DNA of 64,000 nt from a virus (IMGVR_UViG_3300035070_003918:1462-65461); one strand, 5' to 3'. Shown: positions 1 to 9,375, counted from the stretch's first letter. The notes: a model not told the origin generated them from the sequence alone. Numbers and translations: made by a program.

Positions 1-270
1 ATCGAACGTCGACAGTACAGTCACGAGCGCCGGCAACGAGCCCTCAGAGCCAACGCTCACAACGAATCGTGCGCGCCTTGGCTGCGCCCCACGCCATAGC
101 TGCGCCCCGGTGTCGAGCGCCTTGACGAAGTGCGCGCTCTCGCACTCCGCGATCAAGTGGTCGAGCGCAACGAGCGCCGCCGAACGACGGTCGAAGTGCT
201 CGCGCCATCGCTGCAAGGCGTGGGGCGTGACGAACCAACGGCCTCGCGCTCCTTCTTTCGGCGCCACCAC
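1..270 (-). CDS. Small phage protein with T-x-HA-x-x-R motif (partial, runs off the window start)
   Basis: Own translation (not in the ORF track): ...WFVTPHALQRWREHF...RARFVVSV...LVTVLSTFD; similar to 30751..31089. Confidence 0.55.
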   Translation of the reverse strand, partial: MVAPKEGARGRWFVTPHALQRWREHFDRRSAALVALDHLIAECESAHFVKALDTGAQLWRGAQPRRARFVVSVGSEGSLPALVTVLSTFD

Positions 271-680
271 TCCCGACTCTTCCGTCTGCGCCCGCACCGA
301 GGATGCATCGTAGGCACCTTGCCCATCCGATGCGACGGCAACACCGGTGCCCCGCACTCGAGGCACGCTCGGCCGCGCGCACGCTTCGCCCTTCGCTCGT
401 CCGCAGCTACGAGGCACCTTGCTCGGTGCTCCGCGTACAGCACGGGATCCGCCCTGCGCTCGGCTGCTCTCCGTCGAGCCCGAGCCAGCACATGCTCGTG
501 CCCGACGTCGCCGCGTCCAACGGTCTTCGCCCGCTCCTTGTTCCACCACCATTGAAGGATCCACGCGACCTCCCGGATCATGTACTCGTGTTGAGCATCG
601 TCGAACAGCTCGACGATCTCTTGCTGCCTTGCCTCGTCCCTCGTCCACGGCCTCAGCACATCGTCAATGGGACGAAGCAC
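153..680 (-). CDS. Hypothetical basic protein with CxxC
   Basis: Directly downstream of csf3; CLECG motif; start uncertain. Confidence 0.45.
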   Translation of the reverse strand: MLRPIDDVLRPWTRDEARQQEIVELFDDAQHEYMIREVAWILQWWWNKERAKTVGRGDVGHEHVLARARRRAAERRADPVLYAEHRARCLVAADERRAKRARGRACLECGAPVLPSHRMGKVPTMHPRCGRRRKSREWWRRKKEREAVGSSRPTPCSDGASTSTVVRRRSLRSTT

Positions 681-1312
681 GGCTGCTCCTCATGCCTGCG
701 CCAGTACGGGTAGGTGATGCACGACATCCCGCGGTCCGCATCCGCTGAGACGCCGCTCACGTCATCGGGCAGGGGACGCAGAGGCATCCCATCGCGCAGC
801 ACCGGGAACCCCAGCCACGGCGCCACCTCTGCCACCTCCCATTGCCTCACCGCGCCGAGCCCCACCGCGCGCTTCTTGCCGACGTACGAGACGAGCCCAA
901 GCAGCGACTCGACCTCGGCTCGTTCCCCAACGCACCACCACGTCACGACGTCGTCGACCGCGTGGAACGTGGCCAGCGGGATCCGGTAGCTCTTCGTCAG
1001 CCCTGCCGTGATGTTGATCCGCCGCAACTTCGGCCCGGCCATGACCTGAGCCTCCGTCGTCGGGAAGCGACGATTGAGCCACCGCAACTCGGTCTCATCG
1101 ATCGCGCAGTGCCCGGCGCTCGCGAGGTGGAACCGCCCACACTCCGACCGCGCAACAGGGATCTCGATGGGCACTACCTCGCGCCGCGTGAGCGCCGGTT
1201 GCACCCCGTCGCGCATGGCCACGGCGTACGCGAGCAGGGCGTCCAGCATCACCGGCCGGTCCGGCATACACAGCGCCCCTCGGATATGCGCGCGCACCTC
1301 GAGCGGTCTCAT
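653..1312 (-). CDS. csf3: Type IV CRISPR Cas5-like RAMP (Csf3)
   Basis: ATG at 1312 overlaps the csf2 stop (ATGA); LDALLAYA N-terminal motif, G-loop YVGKKRAVGLGAV, RPLP and PYW motifs. Confidence 0.88.
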   Translation of the reverse strand: MRPLEVRAHIRGALCMPDRPVMLDALLAYAVAMRDGVQPALTRREVVPIEIPVARSECGRFHLASAGHCAIDETELRWLNRRFPTTEAQVMAGPKLRRINITAGLTKSYRIPLATFHAVDDVVTWWCVGERAEVESLLGLVSYVGKKRAVGLGAVRQWEVAEVAPWLGFPVLRDGMPLRPLPDDVSGVSADADRGMSCITYPYWRRHEEQPCFVPLTMC

Positions 1313-2334
1313 GCGTCGACCGACTTTAGGAAGTCCACGATGCGGCTCCTTCGGGCCTCCACGTGGCTCCTGAAGAGAGCCCCCATGCTCGGAGCGAGCG
1401 CCGTCGGGTCGGCGTCCGTCACCGCCTCTCGAGGCCGCGCAAGCTCGAGCCCCCACCCCTTCACGGCACGCATCCGACCGTGCCCCGTGCCACGCTTGCC
1501 TCCGACCACTGCGTTGCCGAGGAACGCGGCGCACGACACGTGCAGCGTGTCGATCTCGAGCGGTGTGTAGCAGTTCGCCTGCACCGCCCAGAAGAAGAGC
1601 GACCCCTGCGCCACGCGCTCGAAACGGCGCGGCATCATGCTCGACTTCTCCTTGTCCTTCTCCACGTGCTCGGCTGCGACCGACGCGCGCTCGTGCGCAG
1701 CGAGGCGATTCGTGGCCTTCACCTGCTCTCCGTCCGTGAGTAGCTTTCGCTTCTCGGGGCTCATGGTCGGATCCATCCTGACGCGCTGCTCCTCTTCGAT
1801 GTGCTCTCTCGACCCGGCCAGCGCGCCATAGCGATCCTCAGACCATGCCCGCGCACGCTCGGTGATGAAGCCTTGCGTCTCCTGACAGATGAGCGTGGCA
1901 TCCTCCACCGAGAGGCGCCCTGGCACGATTCGGTTCGTCGCGCAGCCTCCCAGCAGCGCCATGCTGGGCACGAGCTCGCAAAGCTCGCGGTACGCATCCA
2001 GGTTGACCGTGCCCGCCCCGTCGCCGCCGGACACCGCGCCCCCCGCGAACAGCAGGCGCAACGCAGCCTCCGAAAGCTGCGGGTTATCGACCATTCCGAG
2101 CGCATCCAAGAGCGCGTAGGCCGACGCCTCGCGCATCCCGTGGCGCATTGTGTCCGCTGTCACGATCGGCACGAAGGCCCACCCGTCGCGCTGACGGATC
2201 TTCCGCCGCATCGAGATCGACTCGTTGCCGATGTTCTCCGAGTGGTGCGCGATCGGGGTGTCGGCCTCGAGCACGAACTCGTATCGGATCCTCGTCAGCG
2301 TCTGCTTGCTCTCCGTCGTCGTTCCGTCACCCAT
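1309..2334 (-). CDS. csf2: Type IV CRISPR Cas7-like backbone RAMP (Csf2)
   Basis: TPIAH, VPIVTADTMRHGMRE, LLFAGG, PSMALLGG, C-terminal G-loop VGGKRGTGHGR. Confidence 0.92.
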   Translation of the reverse strand: MGDGTTTESKQTLTRIRYEFVLEADTPIAHHSENIGNESISMRRKIRQRDGWAFVPIVTADTMRHGMREASAYALLDALGMVDNPQLSEAALRLLFAGGAVSGGDGAGTVNLDAYRELCELVPSMALLGGCATNRIVPGRLSVEDATLICQETQGFITERARAWSEDRYGALAGSREHIEEEQRVRMDPTMSPEKRKLLTDGEQVKATNRLAAHERASVAAEHVEKDKEKSSMMPRRFERVAQGSLFFWAVQANCYTPLEIDTLHVSCAAFLGNAVVGGKRGTGHGRMRAVKGWGLELARPREAVTDADPTALAPSMGALFRSHVEARRSRIVDFLKSVDA

Positions 2335-2704
2335 GGGCCGCCTCCTGTCGTGCGTCTCTTCGGTCCTCTGCGATCTTTCGCGCCATCGCGAGCAGCAACG
2401 TCAGGTCACGCTCCACGACGTCGAGGCACACGCGCTGCCCCGTCTCTCGCGCCTCGTGGCTCAGCGCCAACAGCGCCGAAGAGGCCGAGCTGCTCAACGA
2501 TGGGAGTTGCAGCCCTCGGCACAACATCGTCACCCACTCGTCCGCTGTCGATGCTCTCCGCGCTGCGCTCAGGCTCCGGTTCTGCAACTGGTCCCAGTGC
2601 TTCAACGGGCTTGCCCCGTTCCTCAGGTACGCCGCTCGGATCTCGAGCAACATCTCCACCAGGACCGTCCTCAGTCGCTCTCTTTGCTCTTCGCTTGCCG
2701 CCAC
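2327..2704 (-). CDS. cas11: Type IV-B small subunit (Cas11-like)
   Basis: 125-aa helical protein between csf1 and csf2; its end overlaps the csf2 start. Confidence 0.75.
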   Translation of the reverse strand: MAASEEQRERLRTVLVEMLLEIRAAYLRNGASPLKHWDQLQNRSLSAARRASTADEWVTMLCRGLQLPSLSSSASSALLALSHEARETGQRVCLDVVERDLTLLLAMARKIAEDRRDARQEAAHG

Positions 2705-3467
2705 TCGCCGCCTCCTTCTTGGTCTTCTTCGCGTCCTTCTCGGCCGTCATGCGAGCGGCCACCTGCTCCTCGTTGCGCTGCGACAGCCACAACGCGAGCG
2801 CGAACCAATCCCCACCGCGTAGCCGTCCGTGGCGTGACTCGAACGCCTCGATCTGCGCGCGGCACATGCCCCACGCCCTCGGCGTGTAGTCGCCGCGCTC
2901 GATCTCGTCCTTCGTCGCGCCAGCGGTAAGCAGCGCCGACAGGTCGTCGACGATGGCCCACCCGGCAGCGCTCGGCAGCGTCAAGTTGCGCTCCTCGAAT
3001 CGCACGCGCCCGCGAGTCGTCCCCGCTGGGTTCACGGTCGCGTACGGGAGCACGTGCTTCTGTCCGCTGTCAGCGATGGCCGCAAACCACGGCCCTCGCT
3101 TCGGTTCGCGCAAGAAGGCCAGGATGAGCGGCTTCTCACCCTTGCTCGCCACCACATGCCCGCGACCGTCGTACAGGTGAGAGAAGTTCGACCATCGCGG
3201 CCCCTCTTTCTTCCCCGGTGCAGGCGGCTTCCCGGGGACCGGCGAGTAGCGGGCGCGGACGAAGGCGCAGCACACGCACGCGTGCGCAGACTCGGGCGAT
3301 CGGAACGATGTCTGATCGGTCATCGTCGGTCCGATGAACTCACCGAGCGGCACCCCTCGCGTCGACTCCCCACCGCAGATCGCGCACGGCTCTCGGTCGT
3401 GGTCGACCGCGCGCTCGTCATCGACTCCGTCAAGGCGAGAGCACACCTCCTGTACCGCCGACTTCAC
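2406..3467 (-). CDS. csf1: Type IV large subunit (Csf1/Cas8-like)
   Basis: Zn-finger CAICG...CVCC, SGQKHVLP motif; GTG at 3467 follows a GAGGAGG RBS (alternative GTG at 3602). Confidence 0.82.
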   Translation of the reverse strand: MKSAVQEVCSRLDGVDDERAVDHDREPCAICGGESTRGVPLGEFIGPTMTDQTSFRSPESAHACVCCAFVRARYSPVPGKPPAPGKKEGPRWSNFSHLYDGRGHVVASKGEKPLILAFLREPKRGPWFAAIADSGQKHVLPYATVNPAGTTRGRVRFEERNLTLPSAAGWAIVDDLSALLTAGATKDEIERGDYTPRAWGMCRAQIEAFESRHGRLRGGDWFALALWLSQRNEEQVAARMTAEKDAKKTKKEAASGGKRRAKRATEDGPGGDVARDPSGVPEERGKPVEALGPVAEPEPERSAESIDSGRVGDDVVPRAATPIVEQLGLFGAVGAEPRGARDGAARVPRRRGA

Positions 3468-3598
3468 GCTGCCCTCCTCGGGTCGATCTGCGGGTACGGC
3501 AGCCCCTCCGGCATGTGCCTCCGCAGCCGCCGATCGAGCGCCCGCGGTCGCGAGAGGCAGTGAGCCAAGAATAGCGGCGATGCGGTCGATCGGGCGGG

Positions 3599-5314
3599 TC
3601 ACGCGGCCCTCCTCGCAAGCTGCTCGAGGTACGCCTCGGCCAGCTTCAGCACGTGATCTGGCGCGGTCGTGAGCTGCTCGAGCAGTGGCGCATCGGGATC
3701 GCGCACACGCTCGACCTGGCCGCGCTTCAGGCCGAGGACGTCGGCGATGATCGGGTCCGAGCCCGAGTCCGACACCAGCATGTAGAGCATCACCGGCTCC
3801 TTCTGCCCGTCGCGGTGGAGCCGGCCCCCGCATTGCTCCATCGCTCCAGGACTCCAGTCGAGCTCGCCGAAGACGCCCGTGCGGCAGACGTGCTGGAGGC
3901 CGTCGAGGCCCGCTCCGGCACGCAGCGACACGACGAGGACCTTGGCCTTGCCCTCCGTGAAGGCGGCAACCGAGCTGGCCTTCTGCGTCGAGCTCTCGGC
4001 GCCGGTGTAGAAGACCACGCCTAGGTCCTCCAGGGAGGACGCCCAGATCCGGTAGACCTCCTTGTGCCAGCCGAAGAGGACGACGGGTTCTCCGCTCTCC
4101 ACCAGCATGCGTACGAACCGGGCGACGAAGGGGGCCTTCGCGATGCCAGTTGCCTGCCGCAGGCGGTAGTCGAGTTCCTCGCTCGCCTTCATCTTCGCGA
4201 AGCCACCGGTGCCGCTGGTCGACAGGATGAGCCGCGCAAGCTCGGCAGCCGACTGCTCCACACGCTTCAGCTCGTCGAGGTCCGCGTCGACGTGGTGCAT
4301 GACCACGCTCGCGGCCGGCAGCTCACGACCGACATCCGATCGCGTGCGGCGGAGCATGAGCCCGCTCTCTCGCAGGTAGGTGCCGAAAGCGCGCGGGTCT
4401 TTGATCTTCGCCTTCCGCTCGTCGAAGGACGAGGTGCACCATTCCGTCCTGAACTCTTCCTTCTCGCCGAGCTCGGTCGGCGCGAGCACGCTGAGGACCG
4501 ACCAGAACTCGATCCCGTAGTTGTAGATGGGCGTCGCGGTGAGCCCGAGCCGGTACTCGGCCTGCTCGGCGATCGATTTGGCCGCGGCGTACTTCTCCGA
4601 GACGCTCCTCCCGGTACCGACCCGCAGCTCCTGAGCCTCGTCGAACACGACGCTCCGCACGCGTCCGGCGAGGACGTCCGACCACCCGGCGAGCTTGTGG
4701 TAGTTCGAGATGATCACGTCGGGGAACCCGTCGAAGAGCGCTCCCTGCCCTGGCTTGTCGATCGTCAGCGGGTACGGCTTGGCGCCCTTCAGGACGTGGA
4801 CGTGGAGCCCGGGCGCGAAGCGGGCGAGTTCGCGCTTCCACTGCTCTGGCAGGTGGGTCAGCGTGACGACCAGCGCCGGCCGTGTCTCTGGCTCGACGAG
4901 TCCGCAGATCGCCGACGCGGTCTTCCCTACGCCCAGGTCGTCGGCCAGGAGGAGCGAGCGCCGGCGAAGCCACATCTCGGCGGCGATCTTCTGGTACTCC
5001 CGGGCGGGCACCGCGAGCTCGAAGGCTCGGGGCGCCGAGCTGCCCGCCATCAGCGCGGCCACTTCGCGCGCGACGTGCTGGTGGTGCTTGGAGCGCGCGA
5101 CGAGGTGGTCCCGGTCCGAGAACTCGAGCGGGAAGCGCTGGGAGAACCAATCGAGCTCCCGGCACACCTCAGGCGTATCCCTGAGGTGCAGCTCCTTCGT
5201 CTTGCCCTTCGCGAGACGCCCGAAGACGCGCTTCATCCGCATCAGGACGTGCGGCGGCGCCGTCACGACCCACTGCCCGCCGACGAGGCGCGCCTCACCC
5301 ATGGCGGCGCTCAA
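3599..5314 (-). CDS. SNF2-family SF2 helicase
   Basis: LLADDLGVGKT, VFDEAQ, LTATP, GLDGLQ, QCGGRLHRDGQ. Confidence 0.92.
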   Translation of the reverse strand: MSAAMGEARLVGGQWVVTAPPHVLMRMKRVFGRLAKGKTKELHLRDTPEVCRELDWFSQRFPLEFSDRDHLVARSKHHQHVAREVAALMAGSSAPRAFELAVPAREYQKIAAEMWLRRRSLLLADDLGVGKTASAICGLVEPETRPALVVTLTHLPEQWKRELARFAPGLHVHVLKGAKPYPLTIDKPGQGALFDGFPDVIISNYHKLAGWSDVLAGRVRSVVFDEAQELRVGTGRSVSEKYAAAKSIAEQAEYRLGLTATPIYNYGIEFWSVLSVLAPTELGEKEEFRTEWCTSSFDERKAKIKDPRAFGTYLRESGLMLRRTRSDVGRELPAASVVMHHVDADLDELKRVEQSAAELARLILSTSGTGGFAKMKASEELDYRLRQATGIAKAPFVARFVRMLVESGEPVVLFGWHKEVYRIWASSLEDLGVVFYTGAESSTQKASSVAAFTEGKAKVLVVSLRAGAGLDGLQHVCRTGVFGELDWSPGAMEQCGGRLHRDGQKEPVMLYMLVSDSGSDPIIADVLGLKRGQVERVRDPDAPLLEQLTTAPDHVLKLAEAYLEQLARRAA

Positions 5315-5820
5315 GCGAACCTCTGCACGTGAACGACGCGCACGGGCTTCCCGGCGAGGTCATCGGGAGCACGCAGGCGCAGACTCGTCGAGACGAGGAC
5401 GACCCCGTCCACGCGCTCGACGCAGGCATAGCGATGGAGCTGTCGCAGCACATCGGCTGGCGAGCCCTGGATCTTGAGCTCCACCGCGACCCCGCGGTCG
5501 TCTTCGGTGGGGACGAAGAAGTCGCAGCGGCCGGCGGACCCGAGCTTCACCTCGCGGGTGGCCTGCACCTCCGACGCCTCGAGCGCGAGTGCCACTCCGG
5601 CCTGGAGGTCGGCCTCGGTGGCCCATCCGAATCGAAAGCGGCCTAGCGCAGCGGCGACCTGCGCCATGGTCTCGAGCGTGGCAATGAGCGCGGCGTCCCT
5701 GGCGTTCGCGACCTCGGCGATGGTAGCAACGCCTCCGTCGTGGTCGACCGACTGCACGATCACCGGCCCACGATAGCTACGACCACGAATGAACCACGGT
5801 CCCGGCGTGTGCCCGCTCAT
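5311..5820 (-). CDS. PD-(D/E)XK-family nuclease with N-terminal HTPGPW module
   Basis: E...REV...RCDFFV...VAVELK...QLHRYA pattern. Confidence 0.7.
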   Translation of the reverse strand: MSGHTPGPWFIRGRSYRGPVIVQSVDHDGGVATIAEVANARDAALIATLETMAQVAAALGRFRFGWATEADLQAGVALALEASEVQATREVKLGSAGRCDFFVPTEDDRGVAVELKIQGSPADVLRQLHRYACVERVDGVVLVSTSLRLRAPDDLAGKPVRVVHVQRFA

Positions 5821-6863
5821 CGCTCCGCCCTTCGTGACACGAGGGTCCAGCCGTCGAAGAGGGGCTCTCCTTGGCCATTCAGAGCCAGGAAGTGCTCCCC
5901 GGTGCCATCGATGGCCCACACGCGGCTGTTGCTCTCGAAGATGCGCTTCACGGTCCAATCCTTGCCGTAGTTGCTCCACACATCCCCGACCCGCACCACG
6001 CGATCATCCGCCGGCTTCTCCTCGGTCTTCGCGGCCGGCTTCTCGGCCTTCGAGCCGCGCAGCAACGCGCCGTCGCGATTGAGCCGGCGCAGCTCGCGCC
6101 GCTGGCGGGTGACCTTGGCGCGGAGGTTCTCGGCCTCTGCTTGCGTGATGAGCAGCGCCACCTCGTTAATGGCTCTGGACACCTCTACCGACTTCGCCGC
6201 CCGCATCTCACGACGCCCGGCCTCCTCGCTCCACGCGTCGCGCTCGGCTCGGATGCGCTCGAGCTCGGCCTCGGCGTCCCGGCATCGCGCACGCCAAACC
6301 GCGGCGTCGTACTTGGTCTGCCCGGCCTCGATGAGGTGAGGCTCTGCGCGCACCCGGTCGAGCTCGCCGACGACGCGGCGCAACTCGGCGCGCAGTGCCT
6401 CGCTCAGGCGCTCCGCATCCTCCGCACGGCTGGCCAGGCGCTCCACGAACTCGCCGAATGACTCCTCATCCCTGGCGCCGAACCGCTTGCGCAGTTCCAG
6501 AACACCTTCCTGCTCCGCGGCTGCAATGGACTGTAGCTCGACGACGTGAGCCTCCGCTTGCTCCGCCCGCTTCCTCATGGCTTCGGCGTCCTTGATCAGA
6601 TCGTTGGCCGATCGGCTCGCGTTGCGCGCGTCGTTGTGCACCCGGTCGCGCAACTCGTCTCGCTCCCGCTCCGCCTTCTCCGCGCGTTCCTTCATCCCGA
6701 TGTAGTCGTCGAGCTCGACAGCCGGCGCACCGAGACCAATGCGCGCCGCGCGGTAGGCTGCGCCGCCGAGCTTGATCACGCTCTCCAGGTAGTCGACGCG
6801 GGCACGAAGCTCATGGCACTCGACGATCAGTCGGTCTCGGCTCGCCTTTGCTTGATCCTGCAT
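5817..6863 (-). CDS. Coiled-coil phage protein
   Basis: Long E/R/A heptad-rich ORF within an overlapping gene chain. Confidence 0.7.
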   Translation of the reverse strand: MQDQAKASRDRLIVECHELRARVDYLESVIKLGGAAYRAARIGLGAPAVELDDYIGMKERAEKAERERDELRDRVHNDARNASRSANDLIKDAEAMRKRAEQAEAHVVELQSIAAAEQEGVLELRKRFGARDEESFGEFVERLASRAEDAERLSEALRAELRRVVGELDRVRAEPHLIEAGQTKYDAAVWRARCRDAEAELERIRAERDAWSEEAGRREMRAAKSVEVSRAINEVALLITQAEAENLRAKVTRQRRELRRLNRDGALLRGSKAEKPAAKTEEKPADDRVVRVGDVWSNYGKDWTVKRIFESNSRVWAIDGTGEHFLALNGQGEPLFDGWTLVSRRAER

Positions 6864-6873
6864 GGTCCTCTCC

Positions 6874-7167
6874 TCAGAACGGGCACACGTTGCACGGTTT
6901 GCCGCACGGTTGCTCGGGGTAGTCGGCGCCGCATTCGCCGCACGTTGGGATGCGTCTGATTCGGCCGTACTGGACCACAAGAAACGCTCCCCACGAGACC
7001 ACCTTGCCCTTGCAGGCAAGCGCCACAAAGGCGTTCTCTGAGTTCCTCTCGGTGGCTACCCTCCGCGTGCCGACCTTGATCAGCATCACGAGCGCCGCCC
7101 GGTACGCACACCGATTGCGCAGCCGTTGCCGCCACCCGGGGCGCCTGCGTTGTCGGCGGGTTTTCAT
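6874..7167 (-). CDS. Small Zn-ribbon protein
   Basis: CGECG...PCNVCPF; ATG overlaps the upstream stop. Confidence 0.55.
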   Translation of the reverse strand: MKTRRQRRRPGWRQRLRNRCAYRAALVMLIKVGTRRVATERNSENAFVALACKGKVVSWGAFLVVQYGRIRRIPTCGECGADYPEQPCGKPCNVCPF

Positions 7168-7979
7168 CGCGGAACCTCCTGCACTTGAAGGTCGTATGGC
7201 CACTCGCTCGGGTCTGCTCCGGCACGGTCTCTCAGCTTTGGCCCCGGTCCGAAGCCGTCCGTCCAGGCCGACCCAACCTGCTTGTGGAACACCGGGACGC
7301 CTGCCTCGCGGCACTGCCGGATGATGTTGGCGCCCCAGTTCACGTTGTACGGACGCGCCTTCGGCCCGCTCTCGCCGCCGACGATCACCCAGTTGATGCC
7401 GTCGGTGTGCTCGTCGGCATTGCGGTTCAGGCGCGAAATCGAGTTGATGTCGAGCGCCTCCAACAACGGCTCACACGACAGGAACCGGACGCGCGCTGGG
7501 ATGAGCCTGAGCCACCTCGAGCGCTGCTCGAGCATCTCCATGTTCTCCGCCGTCGTGCCCGCCCAGACGTGACTCGGCCAGCGGTTGCGCCACGACAGCG
7601 GGACGAGCCTGTGCATGTTCTCCGGCCTCTTGGTCAGCAGCAGCCAGTCGAGCTCGGGCGTCGCCTCGATGATCGAGAAGAGCCGAGCGCGCGGCGCCTC
7701 CAGGTCGGGCCTGTCCTCGAAGACATCAGCCAGCGACGAGCAGAAGACGCGCCGCCGCTCACCGGCCGCGCGCGCCGCCCTGGCCCACTTCAGCGGCTCA
7801 CGCCAGTACGACTCGGACCGCATCAGCCGAGGCGCGTCGGCTCCCCAGTGTTTGCCGCCGTGGAAGCGCTCGTTTCGCGTCTCGGCGTAGCAGTGCTTGC
7901 AGCCGGCGCTGACCTTGGCGCAGCCTTCCCATGCTGAGAACGTGTGGTGCGTCCAGGCGATCCCCGTGACCTCACCCAC
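7164..7979 (-). CDS. DUF5131 / phage Gp37Gp68 radical-SAM-like protein
   Basis: TGIAWTHHTF, GCAKVSAGCKHCYA, LLTKRP, FLSCEPLL, WVIVGGESG, FHKQ. Confidence 0.92.
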   Translation of the reverse strand: MGEVTGIAWTHHTFSAWEGCAKVSAGCKHCYAETRNERFHGGKHWGADAPRLMRSESYWREPLKWARAARAAGERRRVFCSSLADVFEDRPDLEAPRARLFSIIEATPELDWLLLTKRPENMHRLVPLSWRNRWPSHVWAGTTAENMEMLEQRSRWLRLIPARVRFLSCEPLLEALDINSISRLNRNADEHTDGINWVIVGGESGPKARPYNVNWGANIIRQCREAGVPVFHKQVGSAWTDGFGPGPKLRDRAGADPSEWPYDLQVQEVPR

Positions 7980-8163
7980 GGCACACCTCCACGATCGCAG
8001 CGCGCATCCGCGCGTCCTCGGCGCTGGTGACGATGGGGGCCTGGTCGAGCTCGAGCCGCCCGCCTACCGCGCGGAGCTTCGCGCCGCAGTAGGCGCAGCG
8101 CCTCGGACTCGGGGTCAGCAGGAGGATGTGGACAGCGCAGCAGGGGCATGGCTGGGTCTTCAT
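7972..8163 (-). CDS. Small Zn-finger protein
   Basis: CPCC...CAYCG; overlaps both neighbours. Confidence 0.55.
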   Translation of the reverse strand: MKTQPCPCCAVHILLLTPSPRRCAYCGAKLRAVGGRLELDQAPIVTSAEDARMRAAIVEVCRG

Positions 8164-8792
8164 GCCTCACCTCGACGGGCGTCATCGGCGGGCGCTGACG
8201 AGACGGGGCGGATGCCGACCATCCCGGTGTAGTCGAGGAACAGCGCCCGGATGCGCTCCTCTGATCCGTGCGCGACCTTGAGCATGCGAGGGTCGGCTGG
8301 CTCCACGTGCGGCTTCCACCCGACCGGCATCGTCCGCAGGTCCAGCATCTCCCGCGCGCAGACGGCCTGGTCGATCTCGTGCACCTCGGGGAGACCATCG
8401 AAGCCGATCGGCAGACCAAACCGGAGCGCGATGGCAATCGCGAAACGGGCCTCGAGTCGATCGAACATCCCGTGGCTGGCGCCCTCCCTGACAGCGGCCT
8501 TCACCGGCCAGATGAGGTCGCCGACGTACGCCTCTGCCGCGTCGTGCATGAGGCAGGCGCGCTGGATCTCGATCGACATCCCGCGCTGCTCGGCCTCCAG
8601 CATGCAGGCGATCGAGTGGGAGGCCACCGACCAGCGCTGTCGGATGTGACCGGCGTACCGGCACTGCATCGATAGCGCGTGCGCGATGTCGCCCAGGTCG
8701 ATGTCCTCGGGGCGCGGGTCGACGACGCTCACGACGCGCCCGGACACGGTCGTCATCGAGAGGCTGGCGCGGAGGTCTTTCTCGGTGGTCAT
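8160..8792 (-). CDS. HD-domain phosphohydrolase (YfbR/5'-deoxynucleotidase-like)
   Basis: DIAHALSMQCRYAGH, SVASHS, LMHDAAEAYVGD. Confidence 0.9.
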   Translation of the reverse strand: MTTEKDLRASLSMTTVSGRVVSVVDPRPEDIDLGDIAHALSMQCRYAGHIRQRWSVASHSIACMLEAEQRGMSIEIQRACLMHDAAEAYVGDLIWPVKAAVREGASHGMFDRLEARFAIAIALRFGLPIGFDGLPEVHEIDQAVCAREMLDLRTMPVGWKPHVEPADPRMLKVAHGSEERIRALFLDYTGMVGIRPVSSAPADDARRGEA

Positions 8793-9004
8793 GACTCCCT
8801 CACGAGATCCACGATCGCGCAGCACGCCGCGCACTCTGGCGATCCGATACCGGCGCACATCCCGCACTCTGGGCAGTCATCGAGCGTGGCTGCGGCGAGC
8901 ATCGCGAGCTCTCGCGCCGTGACGTTGCCGATGATGCGCACCTTGCCGTCCCACGCGATTGCGCTCTTGAATACGTCGGCCGCGATCTCTTCTCGGCTTC
9001 TCAT
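8789..9004 (-). CDS. Small Cys-rich protein
   Basis: MRSREEIA...CPECG...CAACC; coupled start/stop. Confidence 0.5.
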   Translation of the reverse strand: MRSREEIAADVFKSAIAWDGKVRIIGNVTARELAMLAAATLDDCPECGMCAGIGSPECAACCAIVDLVRES

Positions 9005-9375
9005 GCGAATCCGTCTCCCTCGTCCGTCACAACCCAATGGCCAGGCGCCTTGCGCTCCCACGTGCACCGCGAGAACGGGCCCGCGAGTGACGCCTCGATC
9101 TTCCCGACCACGGGCGCCCCGCTGCGCGCCCTGTGCTCCAGGTAGCGCTCGACGCGGGCGAGCGTGAGGTAGCTACGCCCAGCGATGCGCCACGAGGTCG
9201 CGGCGCGCCGGTCGCGCGCGGGTCGCTGCCTGATCCTCGCCATGATGGCCGGCGCGCGCGAAGCCCCAGGGTCGCGCGGCTCGCCGTCGAGCAGCAGTGC
9301 GCCGTCCACGAGGACGTGCGCCACCCCGAAGCCGACACCCACGATCGCATCGAGCGGAACGCCGTCGCCGATCAT
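9001..9375 (-). CDS. Hypothetical phage protein
   Basis: Fits the ATGA-coupled gene chain. Confidence 0.55.
   Translation of the reverse strand: MIGDGVPLDAIVGVGFGVAHVLVDGALLLDGEPRDPGASRAPAIMARIRQRPARDRRAATSWRIAGRSYLTLARVERYLEHRARSGAPVVGKIEASLAGPFSRCTWERKAPGHWVVTDEGDGFA

Noticed and set aside
3599-5314. Helicase as the DinG/CasDinG of a type IV-A system
   Set aside because: The motifs are SNF2-type, and a Cas11-like gene without cas6 fits type IV-B better.
8160-8792. DatZ of a Z-genome pathway, or a Cas3 HD domain
   Set aside because: No purZ/mazZ is present in the window, and the motifs fit stand-alone YfbR-like HD proteins.
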